Positions 1 through 9,161 of a DNA stretch of 64,000 nucleotides are shown one piece after another (positions within the stretch are counted from its first letter, which is position 1; each line of letters begins with the position of its first letter). Position numbers and translations under genes: made by a program. Below the pieces are notes generated by a model, which worked only from the letters and a program-made list of their open reading frames with translations, had not been told where the DNA came from and made no database searches. This DNA comes from an uncultured Alphaproteobacteria bacterium (GTDB lineage: Bacteria > Pseudomonadota > Alphaproteobacteria > Rhizobiales > Xanthobacteraceae): NCBI GenBank assembly GCA_963820805.1, contig CAWGBH010000004.1, forward strand, positions 3,367 to 67,366. The letters are read 5' to 3'.

Positions 1-834
1 GCTGCCGTGAGTATTCGCGTAAGTCTTCGTGAACTCGGCTCCAAGCAGGAAGATCTGCACCGAGTAATAAATCCACAAGAGCAGGACAATGAGACCGCCG
101 GCGGCGCCATAACTGGAAGCGATTGCGCTGCTGCCAATGTACCAGCCGATGAGCGATTTTCCGAGGTTAAACAGGAAAGAGGTGATGAGCGCGCCGACGA
201 TCACATCGTTCCATCGCAGCGTGCGATCAGGCAGAACTTTGTAGATGGATCCGAATAGAAGCGCGAATAGTAACATGGAAACAACAAAATTTACGCAGAA
301 CAGGATCTGATTACCGACCGGCAGCGCATCAAGATAATTCCCAAACGCCGTCAGGCCTGCGCTGACGACGAGTGAAATGATCAGCAGAAATCCCAAGGCC
401 GCCACCAACCCGAGACTAGTGATACGAGCGCGAATAAGACGCGATACTGTCGTGGCTTGGGATCGCGTTTTCCAGATGGTGTTCAAGGCGGCCTGCATCT
501 CGCCGAAGACCCCGGATGCCGTCGCAATCAGCGTTCCGATGCCGAGGACCGTTGCGATAATGCCTGAAGACTTCGTCGATGCGTTGGCCACGACAGACTG
601 CAAAAGGTCCGCCGTCTGCTTGCCCATGAGAGCGCTAAATTGCTCGTTGATGGCGTTTTGCGCGGCATCTTGCCCAAACGCCAGACCGGCGATGGCAATC
701 ACGATCAACAGAACGGGGGCAAGTGAAGTAACCGCATAGAAGGCAATTGCAGCGCCCCTGCTCAAGGCCTCGTCGTCAAGAAAGGACATCCCCGTTTCCG
801 TAAGCATCTTCCAGAAACCCGCTATCGCTCGCAT
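1..834 (-). CDS. YihY/BrkB-family inner-membrane protein (3' end runs off the window)
   Basis: Absent from the ORF track because there is no stop in the window. The reverse strand from ATG (comp. 832-834) reads MRAIAGFWKMLTETGMSFLDDEALSRGAAIAFYAVTSLAPVLLIVIAI... with several TM segments. The frame stays open to position 1. Confidence 0.75.
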   Translation of the reverse strand, partial: MRAIAGFWKMLTETGMSFLDDEALSRGAAIAFYAVTSLAPVLLIVIAIAGLAFGQDAAQNAINEQFSALMGKQTADLLQSVVANASTKSSGIIATVLGIGTLIATASGVFGEMQAALNTIWKTRSQATTVSRLIRARITSLGLVAALGFLLIISLVVSAGLTAFGNYLDALPVGNQILFCVNFVVSMLLFALLFGSIYKVLPDRTLRWNDVIVGALITSFLFNLGKSLIGWYIGSSAIASSYGAAGGLIVLLLWIYYSVQIFLLGAEFTKTYANTHGS

Positions 835-949
835 CACCTATCCTGCTCAAGAAGTTCGGTCTCCCGTCGTGTCATTTGACCTGCGGGCCGCTATCTCAAG
901 CAACTAAATGCAAAGGTGTTAGTTTCAGCGATAGGCGCCCTGTCTAGCG

Positions 950-977
950 ATGTCCGCTAAGTGCCAATAGCGGACAT
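950..977 (+). repeat. REP-like hairpin, module B (single)
   Basis: ATGTCCGCTAagtgccaaTAGCGGACAT, a 10-bp stem immediately 3' of the kinase gene. Confidence 0.8.
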
Positions 978-986
978 CAACCAAAC

Positions 987-1994
987 TTATATTGCGGGGT
1001 CTAGAGATGCGGTCGGCTCATTCACCACTTGCAGGGCCGGCCCGAGTTCGCGCCCGACGAGAGTTGCATTCATTTTGCAGATAAAGCCAGTAGGCTCAAA
1101 AATAGTTTCAACACTGCCGTTAAATTGACCTAGACCAGCGGACAACAATTGAAGCCCAAAACCTCGATGGGTCTGCGGAGCGACGGCGGGGCCCCCGGTT
1201 TCGCGCCATTCAAGTTTCCAAAGATCGTCCGATAACGACCATTGGATCGACAGCGACCCGGTTGGGCGCGACAATGCGCCATATTTCGCAGCATTCGTCG
1301 CCAGCTCATAAATCAACAAAGCCAACGTCATCGCAAACCGTGGGGGAAGAAAAATTTCCGGCCCATCCATCCGAACACGCGAGACCTCATAAGCCCCGAG
1401 CTCAGTTGAGAGGACATCATGGATGCCTGCTCCGCGTCCTTGCGTAGCCATAATCAGGTCGTCGGTCGCCGATAAGGCCACAAGTCGGTCGTTAATATTA
1501 GCTTTGAGTTGAGGCTGACCGCGAAGCTGGTAGCTAATGATGGATTGGATCGTGGCGACTTTATTTTTGAGACGATGCGCAAGTTCCAGAACCGCCAGCT
1601 TGCGCAAACTTTCTTCTTTTTCTAGCCGTTCGGCGAGCCTGCGATAACTGGTTGCGCCCCAAATAATCAAAGATGCCGAAAAGACATAGCCGCCCAGTCT
1701 AGTCGCCGATCCGGCGGCCAGTGGAAACAGATGAAAATACGGAGGCAGATACGCCCACCACCCGATCATGCCTCCAAGAAAAAGGGCAAAACACCCGACC
1801 TCAAGGCCGCCGATATAGGTCGCAAAAAGCACTGCGGGATAGTAAGCAGAAAATACAAAGATGTTTTCACCGATGAGAAAGCCGAACGCCTCGCGCAAGA
1901 CCGTCGCCGCCGCAATAAGACCAAGGGAGGCGAGGTACGCGTTCACGGAACCGCGCCGGAGCCGAAGCCGGCTGACGGGAGGGCTTCGTATCAT
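987..1994 (-). CDS. HWE-family sensor histidine kinase with a membrane (DUF4118-like) N-terminus
   Basis: H-box LAHRLKNKVATIQSI and the HWE signature WKLEWRETGGP are present, with TM segments at the N-terminus. Start moved to MIRSPP (comp. 1992-1994) because the upstream part of ORF 987..2267 only translates a REP element. Confidence 0.75.
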   Translation of the reverse strand: MIRSPPVSRLRLRRGSVNAYLASLGLIAAATVLREAFGFLIGENIFVFSAYYPAVLFATYIGGLEVGCFALFLGGMIGWWAYLPPYFHLFPLAAGSATRLGGYVFSASLIIWGATSYRRLAERLEKEESLRKLAVLELAHRLKNKVATIQSIISYQLRGQPQLKANINDRLVALSATDDLIMATQGRGAGIHDVLSTELGAYEVSRVRMDGPEIFLPPRFAMTLALLIYELATNAAKYGALSRPTGSLSIQWSLSDDLWKLEWRETGGPAVAPQTHRGFGLQLLSAGLGQFNGSVETIFEPTGFICKMNATLVGRELGPALQVVNEPTASLDPAI

Positions 1995-2090
1995 GAATAC
2001 ACCACCCACGAACTGCGCCGATGGACCAAAATAATTGCATGTAACTCGCAAATTGCCAACGGGGGCCGTTAAAAAGCAATGGGATCTCGC

Positions 2091-2163
2091 AAGTCCGCTT
2101 TGGGTCATTAGCAGACATGTGCGGTGCAAAAGTCGATGTCCGCTTTGTGCCATAAGCAGACAT
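2091..2163 (+). repeat. Composite REP/BIME-like element (A-spacer-B)
   Basis: gtccgctttGGGTCAttagcagac + ATGTGCGGTGCA spacer + gtccgctttGTGCCAtaagcagac. Confidence 0.85.
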
Positions 2164-2346
2164 TCAGCCCCTAGTCCTCGTCGCTGTCCGGTGTCGGTGC
2201 GTGAAAAGTACCTTGGTGTTGCAATTGGCGCAGACAAAAATTTCGTACCCGAGTGCGGGATCGTCAAACTCGGATTGCATTACCACCCTGCAAACAGGGC
2301 AAGATCTGATCGATGGTAAACGAGTGCCCATACGGTGCGGGTACAC
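2164..2346 (-). CDS. Small zinc-ribbon-like protein (hypothetical)
   Basis: CPVC...CANC pairs in MYPHRMGTRLPSIRSCPVCRVVMQSEFDDPALGYEIFVCANCNTKV. GTG start is preceded by GGAGA at about 9 nt. The C-terminal tail runs into a REP element, so the true end is uncertain. Confidence 0.35.
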   Translation of the reverse strand: MYPHRMGTRLPSIRSCPVCRVVMQSEFDDPALGYEIFVCANCNTKVLFTHRHRTATRTRG

Positions 2347-2404
2347 CCGATCATTGTCTCCAATCCACTCCGTAAAACACCTTACCTCTGGTGGCGTGCG
2401 CCAA

Positions 2405-2477
2405 ATGTTCGCTTAGGGTCAAAAGCGGACATTTGCGGTGCACTAGGCGATGTCTCCTTTGTGCCAATAGCGGACAT
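2405..2477 (+). repeat. Composite REP/BIME-like element (A-spacer-B, slightly degenerate)
   Basis: atgttcgcttaGGGTCAaaagcggacat + ttgcggtgca + atgtctcctttGTGCCAatagcggacat. Confidence 0.8.
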
Positions 2478-2485
2478 GCTTCGGC

Positions 2486-2521
2486 AAAAATGAAAGGGGG
2501 TGCCTAGATAGACGCCCCCTC
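2486..2521 (-). terminator. Candidate rho-independent terminator of the Bug/monooxygenase operon
   Basis: The reverse strand reads GAGGGGGCG-tctatctagg-CACCCCC followed by TTTCATTTTT. Confidence 0.55.
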
Positions 2522-2592
2522 GGAATCGTGTCGCCAAGGAAATAACACTAGGCCTCTTCGCAAGGGCGTGAGCAGCAAAATCGCCGACAGAT

Positions 2593-3582
2593 CTATAGTT
2601 TTATATTCGCCGTTTTGATCGCCGCGCTCCACTGCGATATGTCGGCAGCTATTGTCTGCTCGAATTCTGCAGAGGTCGAACCAATGGATTCGACGCCGTA
2701 GTTGTCGAGTCGCTGCAAGATTATAGGGTCTTTCAAAGCGTTTTTGACTTCCGCCGTCACTGCATCGACGATCGCTCGTGGCGTTCCCGCTGGCGCAATC
2801 AACCCGTTCCAGGTCTCAGACCTAAAACCCTGATACCCACTCTCGGCAACGGTTGGAACATCCGGCAATTTTACGGCGCGCTTAGTCCCTGATACGGCTA
2901 GAGCGCGAAGGCCGCGACCCGCTTGGGGAAGGGCTTCTGAAAGATTGCCGAAATAAACCGGTATCTGGTTGCCCATAACGTCGGCAATTGCCGGAGCGCC
3001 GCCTTTGTAAGGCACGTGCACCATGTCTAAACCGGCACGTTGCAGAAACAGCACCATAGTAAGGTGACTGACGCTTCCGGTGCCCCCTGAAGCATACGCT
3101 AGTTTCCCGGGTCGGGCCTTCACATACGCTACCAACTCTTGAAGCGTCTTAGGCTCAAACTCAGGGTTCGCAACCAGGCAAAACGGGTTACTCGCGACAT
3201 TGCTGATCGGGGTGAAATCCTTCACCGGGTCGTAGTCGGTCTTCTCAAGAACCGGCAGAATGGCAAGCTGCGGCAGAGCGGCCATCATCATCGTGTAACC
3301 GTCCGGCGCCGAACGCGCCAATGCACTCGCCGCAATGATGCCACCCGCACCAAGACGATTTTCAACGACGAAAGTTTCACCCAGCTTAGCGCCAAGATGC
3401 TGACCGATCAGACGAGCGATGCCATCCGTATTTCCGCCAGGAGCGAACGGCACGATGAGCTTAACTGGCCGCTTGGGCCAATCATTCGCCCATCCGGGGA
3501 CCGGCAGAGCGGTTGCCATCCCGGCTACAAGCATCTGCTTGATAAACTCTCTTCGCGTCGTCATGTATCGCTCCATAGTCAA
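2593..3582 (-). CDS. Bug-family (TctC-like) tripartite tricarboxylate transporter substrate-binding protein
   Basis: Tat-like leader TRREFIKQMLVAGMATALPVPGWA, then the KLIVPFAPGGNTDGIARL...VVENRLGAGG family signature. Confidence 0.9.
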   Translation of the reverse strand: MTMERYMTTRREFIKQMLVAGMATALPVPGWANDWPKRPVKLIVPFAPGGNTDGIARLIGQHLGAKLGETFVVENRLGAGGIIAASALARSAPDGYTMMMAALPQLAILPVLEKTDYDPVKDFTPISNVASNPFCLVANPEFEPKTLQELVAYVKARPGKLAYASGGTGSVSHLTMVLFLQRAGLDMVHVPYKGGAPAIADVMGNQIPVYFGNLSEALPQAGRGLRALAVSGTKRAVKLPDVPTVAESGYQGFRSETWNGLIAPAGTPRAIVDAVTAEVKNALKDPIILQRLDNYGVESIGSTSAEFEQTIAADISQWSAAIKTANIKL

Positions 3583-3630
3583 AGGGCTGGTTTCAAGAGT
3601 TCCGCCTCCCTCAATTTTTTTATTACGTGC

Positions 3631-4824
3631 TCAAGTAACCTTCTCAGCGGCCCATAGGCCTTCAAACATGGCCGTCCGCAAAAGGAAGGTGCGCGCCTTT
3701 GCCGGATCGGCAACAATCTCCCGCATCTCATTCATCCGTTCTTCGCGCTTGCGGGCGTCCTTTTCTTCCAGAATACGCTTGTTCTGAATCGTCATTGCCT
3801 GCAGGAAGGCATTCGCCACATGGCGCCGCTGGCGATCATAAAGATCAAGCAAGCCATCGCCGGCACCACCCAGGACGCGCGTGAGCTTGTCGGCGAGACT
3901 AACGGCGTCATGTATACCAAAGTTCATCCCCATGCCGCCAAGCGGATTATTGACGTGCGCGGCATCGCCCGCGAGCAAGACACGGCCATTGCGGTAGTTC
4001 ACCGCAACACGTTGATGCACCGTGTAAAGGTTGGTGTGGAGGATGGTGTACGGTTGACGGCTGGGAATGAACGCCTGCAAGCGCTGCTCGGCGGTAACGT
4101 GATCGAGCAAATCCTCCGCGGCGATCTCCGGCATGGTCGGAAACACCACGCGCCAGACGCCGGGCGGACCTGCGGCCGGGACCTTGAACAGAGCGCACCA
4201 CTCCGATGGATCGGAGACGTAACAGCTGTAAGCGAAGCCCTGCTGTCCAAAATCGGTCGGCGTCGTGATCACCAGGAAGCGTTCCTGGTAGGTAAAACCG
4301 GCGAATTCAATATCCTGCGACTTGCGAACGACGCTACGGCCACCGTCGGCGCCTATCACATAGGAGCCTTTATACTCGGCGCCCTCCGCAGTTGTCACTT
4401 TTACACCGGACGCCGTCTGCGAAACCGCTTCGACGGTCGCTCCGTAATGGATATCGCAGCCGCTTTGACCGGCCAGCATCTCGCTAAGAATACCCACCAG
4501 CTTGTGCTGTTCGCATTGTAGCCGATAGGGATAAGGCGTCACGTCGGAGAGGATACCGAGATCGAATTCAGCGATCACGCCTTCCTCGCGACCGCGAAAC
4601 TGCCAGCGCGGGCAGAGAATGCCCAAATCGTGGAGCCGCTTGGTGACGCCACTCTCAGCGAACATTTCCATGGTTGGCGGATGAAACGTCGCCGCGCGCG
4701 GATCTTCGTAGATATGCGTACGGCTTTCGAGAACCGTTACCGGCACGCCCCCTTGCGAGAGAAACAGGGCGGCAGTCAGTCCGGTAGGACCAGCACCGCA
4801 GATGATGACGCGCTGGTCCGACAT
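3631..4824 (-). CDS. FAD-dependent aromatic-ring monooxygenase (UbiH/PheA-type)
   Basis: N-terminal Rossmann motif VIICGAGPTGLTAALFL and the later GDAAHVNNPLGGMGMN motif. Confidence 0.85.
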   Translation of the reverse strand: MSDQRVIICGAGPTGLTAALFLSQGGVPVTVLESRTHIYEDPRAATFHPPTMEMFAESGVTKRLHDLGILCPRWQFRGREEGVIAEFDLGILSDVTPYPYRLQCEQHKLVGILSEMLAGQSGCDIHYGATVEAVSQTASGVKVTTAEGAEYKGSYVIGADGGRSVVRKSQDIEFAGFTYQERFLVITTPTDFGQQGFAYSCYVSDPSEWCALFKVPAAGPPGVWRVVFPTMPEIAAEDLLDHVTAEQRLQAFIPSRQPYTILHTNLYTVHQRVAVNYRNGRVLLAGDAAHVNNPLGGMGMNFGIHDAVSLADKLTRVLGGAGDGLLDLYDRQRRHVANAFLQAMTIQNKRILEEKDARKREERMNEMREIVADPAKARTFLLRTAMFEGLWAAEKVT

Positions 4825-4831
4825 TCTCGTT

Positions 4832-5575
4832 CTAAAATTCCTCTAGGACGCGGCCATGCCCATAGACGCGATCCTCGATCCCGCAGCGGCGCAGCGCATC
4901 CCAATACGTCACGACGTTCATCGCCAGCACGGGCTTTTCCAGCCAGCGCTCGGCGTCCGCCGCGACAGCACCGCCCGCAAGATTGGTGCCCACTTGCAGA
5001 ATCGCATCGATGTCGTCGCCATCGATCTCGCGCAACACTTTGCGCAACTGAGCCGGTTGAATTTCCGCTATTGCAAAGGGCGACGCACATTTAAGTCCGA
5101 CAAGACGCACGATCTCGAAACCTGCCTCGGTAAGATAGGTCCCGACGATCTCGTCTCCTTTCGGCTGATGGGGAGTCAGCACGGCGATCCGCTTCGCGCC
5201 AAATTTTCGAAGCGCCGCGGCGCCGGCCGTCGAGCCCATTGAGACCCCGACACCGGCGCGCTCTGAAAGTCCTTTCTGCAAAGCGTCGCCACCGGCAACA
5301 CCCCCGGTGAACGCCTCGATCGCGACACCCATGATCACGTGGTCGGGGGCGCAGGTCATGACCTGATCGATCGCGGGCACTATACCATCGCGCATGCCCT
5401 GCACGTGGGCAAGGTAGCCCTGGTCGCTCGCCTGTATCGGCTGCTGCTTGATCGTCAGGCGCGCGACGTGGTTGGTGACACCGCGCGGCCGAAGGTCCTC
5501 ACACTCAGGACCGACGATGGTATTCGTCGAAGGGACAACGATCCCGATTTTCTTACGAAAGCCAAGAGCATCCAT
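4832..5575 (-). CDS. Asp/Glu-racemase superfamily protein (maleate isomerase / arylmalonate decarboxylase-like)
   Basis: KIGIVVPSTNT N-terminal motif, about 247 aa, and a second half-domain motif reading ILQVGTNL. Confidence 0.7.
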   Translation of the reverse strand: MDALGFRKKIGIVVPSTNTIVGPECEDLRPRGVTNHVARLTIKQQPIQASDQGYLAHVQGMRDGIVPAIDQVMTCAPDHVIMGVAIEAFTGGVAGGDALQKGLSERAGVGVSMGSTAGAAALRKFGAKRIAVLTPHQPKGDEIVGTYLTEAGFEIVRLVGLKCASPFAIAEIQPAQLRKVLREIDGDDIDAILQVGTNLAGGAVAADAERWLEKPVLAMNVVTYWDALRRCGIEDRVYGHGRVLEEF

Positions 5576-5741
5576 CGATGCGCGCCCCTTTCATGACCAG
5601 ACGTCCGACACCTGCAAACATGTTAAGGGCTCCCAGGCACCGGCAAATCTAAATATCATCAAAACAGATTTCGCCATCTACGAAACCGGCAACTGTTCCC
5701 GATTTTTGGGTTCAGGACGATGTCCGGACGGCCCGCATCCA

Positions 5742-5856
5742 GTTCGTTAGGATCAAAAGCGGGCATTCTGCGATGCGATAGTCATGTCCGCTTTGGGTCA
5801 TAAGCGGACATGTGCGGTGCAACTAGGGATGTCCGCTTTGTGCCAATAGCGGACAT
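5742..5856 (+). repeat. Composite REP/BIME-like element (degenerate A + A-spacer-B)
   Basis: Three hairpins. The last two are atgtccgctttGGGTCAtaagcggacat + gtgcggtgca + atgtccgctttGTGCCAatagcggacat. Confidence 0.85.
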
Positions 5857-5952
5857 CGACTTTGACTTGCTTAGCGAACATGCAACCGACATCTTACACT
5901 CAACCACAAAAGCAAGGCCGGCCGGGAGCGTCGGTATCAGGGAGGACCAACC

Positions 5953-6966
5953 GTGACCGACACGCCGCGAACCGCGCTTTCACGTCGTCACCTTCTGGCC
6001 GGCCTTGCGACTGCGCCGGCCTTGGCCGCCACCGCGTATCCCACCGCCGCCCAGACCGCCGGACCGCGCTGGACCCCGCAACAGACACAGGAGGCGCTGA
6101 AGGATGCCAAAGGGACCAAACTTGTGCTGCTCGGCGCGGCAGCGGGTCCGGTTCCGGGTCGATCACGGAACATGACCTCGCATGTAATCCTGAGTAACGG
6201 AACGGCTTACGTACTGGATTGCGGAATGGGTGTTACCGACCAATTTGCCCGTACTGGTATTCCGTTCAACGCGCTAAAGTCGATTTTCATTACGCACCAT
6301 CATGCCGACCACAACATTGAGTACGGCCCACTGCTGATCGTCGGCTGGATCCAGGGCCTGCCGCTCGACGTGCGTGCCTTCGGTCCACCGCCGCTCAAAC
6401 AGATGACCGACGACTTCATGCGCGCCTACAAGCAGACGGTCGACTTCTGGGCTGAGGACTACAAGATGAAGCCGCTCACGTCAGTTAGCGTGCAGGAAGT
6501 CTCGGCTGCGGGTCCGGTCATGCAGGACGACAACGTCAAGGTGTCTGCGATTCTGGTCGAGCATCCGCCGGTCAAGCCTGCGCTCGCCTATCGCTTCGAT
6601 TTTAAGGATCGCTCGATCGCATTTTCCGGCGACACTGTCCCGCTTGAGGCCGTGGCAAAAATGGCAAAGGATGCTGACGTACTGGTTCATGAAATAATGT
6701 ATGTCCCGGCAGTCGAAAAATACATCAAGGATCAGATCGCCAAGGGCAGGCCGGTCAAGTTCGAGCCCTTCATGGCGCACATGAACGCGAGTCATTCACC
6801 ATCGGAAGATGTCGGCCGGATTGCTCAGGAAGCGGGGGTCAAGACCCTTGTGCTGTCACACCTTACGCCGGCGATTGATAGCATCACTGACGACACATGG
6901 CGGGAGCCGGTCGCCAAATACTTCAAAGGCGAGATCATTGTCGGTAAGGATTTGATGGTTGTGTAA
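5953..6966 (+). CDS. Tat-exported MBL-fold metallo-hydrolase
   Basis: SRRHLLAGLATAPALAATA twin-arginine leader and the HHHADH metal motif. GGAGGA lies 7 nt before the GTG start. Confidence 0.85.
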   Translation: MTDTPRTALSRRHLLAGLATAPALAATAYPTAAQTAGPRWTPQQTQEALKDAKGTKLVLLGAAAGPVPGRSRNMTSHVILSNGTAYVLDCGMGVTDQFARTGIPFNALKSIFITHHHADHNIEYGPLLIVGWIQGLPLDVRAFGPPPLKQMTDDFMRAYKQTVDFWAEDYKMKPLTSVSVQEVSAAGPVMQDDNVKVSAILVEHPPVKPALAYRFDFKDRSIAFSGDTVPLEAVAKMAKDADVLVHEIMYVPAVEKYIKDQIAKGRPVKFEPFMAHMNASHSPSEDVGRIAQEAGVKTLVLSHLTPAIDSITDDTWREPVAKYFKGEIIVGKDLMVV

Positions 6967-6976
6967 AGTCAGGCGC

Positions 6977-7049
6977 ATGTCCGCTTTGGGTCAAAAGCAG
7001 ACATGTCCGGTGCAAATCCTTATGTCCGCTAAATGCCAAAAGCGGCCAC
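6977..7049 (+). repeat. Composite REP/BIME-like element (A-spacer-B)
   Basis: atgtccgctttGGGTCAaaagcagacat + gtccggtgca + atgtccgctaaATGCCAaaagcggccac. Confidence 0.8.
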
Positions 7050-7158
7050 TCACCTAAGCGCCATTGGTAGCGGCAGCAGGCGCCGAGGACGGCACGTTCT
7101 AGAAAGGTGTACGCTTGAGATGATCTTCAGGGGGTGACGCACGTTATTGGAGATTGTT

Positions 7159-7467
7159 ATGCGAAGTTTGGCCACACCTATAATTTTCATTGCCATCTTT
7201 GGCCTTAGTGTCTCGTCTTCCGCTCGCGAAGTATCTGTCGGCAAGCACAGCGCCGAGGAGGTCAAAAGCGTCTGCGAGAAAGTTGGTGGGAAATTCTCAC
7301 AAGAAGCGACGGGACACTATTGTGGAACCAATTGTCATGGTGGCCCTGGCACCGATTGCACAGTTGGCTGCAAAACCGGTGAGACATGCATCGCCCAAGT
7401 GATTGGTAGTAGACGCCCCACTACTCTTTTGAATGCGCTGCAGGCTCCATCGGGGAGCCCGCGCTGA
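7159..7467 (+). CDS. Small secreted cysteine-rich protein (hypothetical)
   Basis: Signal peptide MRSLATPIIFIAIFGLSVSSSA and six Cys in the mature part. GGAG lies 7 nt upstream of the ATG. Confidence 0.45.
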   Translation: MRSLATPIIFIAIFGLSVSSSAREVSVGKHSAEEVKSVCEKVGGKFSQEATGHYCGTNCHGGPGTDCTVGCKTGETCIAQVIGSRRPTTLLNALQAPSGSPR

Positions 7468-7490
7468 GTGGGCACTCATATCGAGCCGGC

Positions 7491-7561
7491 GTCCGCTTTT
7501 TCCCCAACAACGGACATGTGCAGTGCACTAGAAGATGTCTGCTAAGTGCCAATAGCGGACT
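7491..7561 (+). repeat. Composite REP/BIME-like element (C-spacer-B)
   Basis: gtccgcttttTCCCCaacaacggacat + gtgcagtgca + atgtctgctaaGTGCCAatagcggac. Confidence 0.8.
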
Positions 7562-7600
7562 CACCCACTTCAGCACTCACGAAGGGGCGTGCTCACGAAC

Positions 7601-8377
7601 TCACTGCATCGACCAACCGTGGCTCACGATCAGCGATTGCCCAGTGAGCGCGTTGGTCTTGAAACCCGCGAAAAATACAGCGGCCTCGGCCACGTCTTCT
7701 ACGGTCGTGAACTCACCATCGACCGTGTCCTTCAGCATGATGCCTTTAATGACTTGCTCTTCGGTGATCCCAAGCGCCTTTGCCTGCTGGGGAATTTGCT
7801 TGTCAACGAGCGGCGTGCGCACGAATCCCGGGCAGATCACGTTTGCGCGCACACCGAACTTGGCGCCTTCCTTTGCAACGACCTTAGCGAGCCCGATAAG
7901 GCCGTGTTTGGCCGTCACGTAGGGTGCCTTCAGCAACGAGGCTTCCTTCGAGTGCACTGAGCCCATGTAAATAATGCTACCACCGGTCCCCTGCTGGCAC
8001 ATCTGCTTCAGCGCCGCCCGCGTGGTGAGGAAGGCGCCGTCCAGGTGAATCGCTAGCATCTGCTTCCATTTTGCAAAGTCAAAGTCCTCCAGTGGTGCCA
8101 CGATCTGGATGCCTGCATTGCTTACGAGCACGTCGATACAACCGAAGCATGACACGGCTTTAGCCATGCCGGCCTCGACTTGTGCTTCGCTCGTCACGTC
8201 CATCGCGATGCCGATCGCAGCATCCCTGCCAAATTCGGCGGCCGCCGCGTCAGCATCGGCCTGATTGAGATCGGCGATCACGACCTTGGCTCCCTCGCGC
8301 CGGTAGGCACGTGCGATCTCCTTGCCGATGCCGCTGGCGCTGCCTGTAACGACTGCAATTTTGCCTAGGAGACGCAT
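7601..8377 (-). CDS. bdhA: 3-hydroxybutyrate dehydrogenase (classical SDR)
   Basis: [22 protein letters not shown]... with YVTAK (YxxxK), 258 aa. GGAGAA lies upstream of ATG comp. 8375-8377. Confidence 0.9.
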   Translation of the reverse strand: MRLLGKIAVVTGSASGIGKEIARAYRREGAKVVIADLNQADADAAAAEFGRDAAIGIAMDVTSEAQVEAGMAKAVSCFGCIDVLVSNAGIQIVAPLEDFDFAKWKQMLAIHLDGAFLTTRAALKQMCQQGTGGSIIYMGSVHSKEASLLKAPYVTAKHGLIGLAKVVAKEGAKFGVRANVICPGFVRTPLVDKQIPQQAKALGITEEQVIKGIMLKDTVDGEFTTVEDVAEAAVFFAGFKTNALTGQSLIVSHGWSMQ

Positions 8378-9148
8378 GCGAGTCTTCTTTCTCCGGCCCG
8401 CGAGGCAGTCGGCTGTAGGTAATCGTGCACGACTTTGCCGAGGCCAAGAGTCTAGATCGGCGACGAAGTGAACGGCAGAGACGACTTCGAGCACCGGCAG
8501 CTCGGCGACAGGCGCCAGCGCGTGCGGATTAAGCTGCAGCGAGCCCGGCCCCTCCCAGGCGCCACGCACCTTGATGCCCTCGAGCCGGTACTCGACGAGT
8601 TCGCAGATGCGCGCGGCGCCATCGACGTGCGGAATGACCTTGATCAGGAAATTCGGCGCACCTAGGACTCCTGCGATCTGCGAAGCATCGAGCGTGCGGT
8701 GCTTGTAACCCATCGTGCCGGTGACCACGCGTACTGGGCCATAGTCAAGCGTGCCGACGAGTGTGTCCTTTTCAACTTTGAGACTCGGGCTCGCAAGCTT
8801 CTTGGGGAAGCCCCAGAGCTCACGCCCGCCCGCGATCGCCGACTCGTCGTCGAGGAACATGCAGTGCGTGTAGTTCCCACGCCGACCGTTGAGTGATACC
8901 GGAATCACCTGGCCGCTCTCAGTGTAGTCGCCGAAGCCCGTGGAGTTTGGCATACGGATGAATTCGTATTTCACTAGAGGTGCGTCGAGCGCCAGTGGTT
9001 GAGGCACGATCCCGCGCAGCCGCTTCGGGTCAGTGCGATAGGTAATGATTAGGTATTCGCGATCGGTGAATCGGTAAGGTCCCGGCGGATAGGCAGGGCT
9101 CGTTAGTGGCATTGCAAATGCGCGCTTCCGGATCTCTTCTTCAGTCAT
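8365..9148 (-). pseudogene. adc: Acetoacetate decarboxylase, frame disrupted near 8451-8453; as written it reads through in frame into bdhA
   Basis: [41 protein letters not shown]... matches the ADC family. The conserved C-terminus (T/A)[11 protein letters not shown] is present only in the +1 frame after ...HFVADL. Confidence 0.8.
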
Positions 9149-9161
9149 AGTATCCTCCGTT

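Noticed and set aside
987-2267. The full 426-aa version of the histidine-kinase ORF
   Set aside because: The first 91 codons translate a REP element and non-coding-looking sequence. A plausible start (MIRSPP...) lies directly before the first TM segment.
1867-2319. ORFs 1867..2163(-), 2035..2319(+) and many similar ones (for example 19468..19695, 19515..19916, 20126..20391, 21367..21564, 26192..26663, 28187..28571) with motifs such as MSAYGTKRTS, MSAFDPKRT and SGHVRCT
   Set aside because: They are translations of the REP hairpins in various frames. They share sequence only because the DNA repeat is shared. They have no RBS and overlap each other on both strands.
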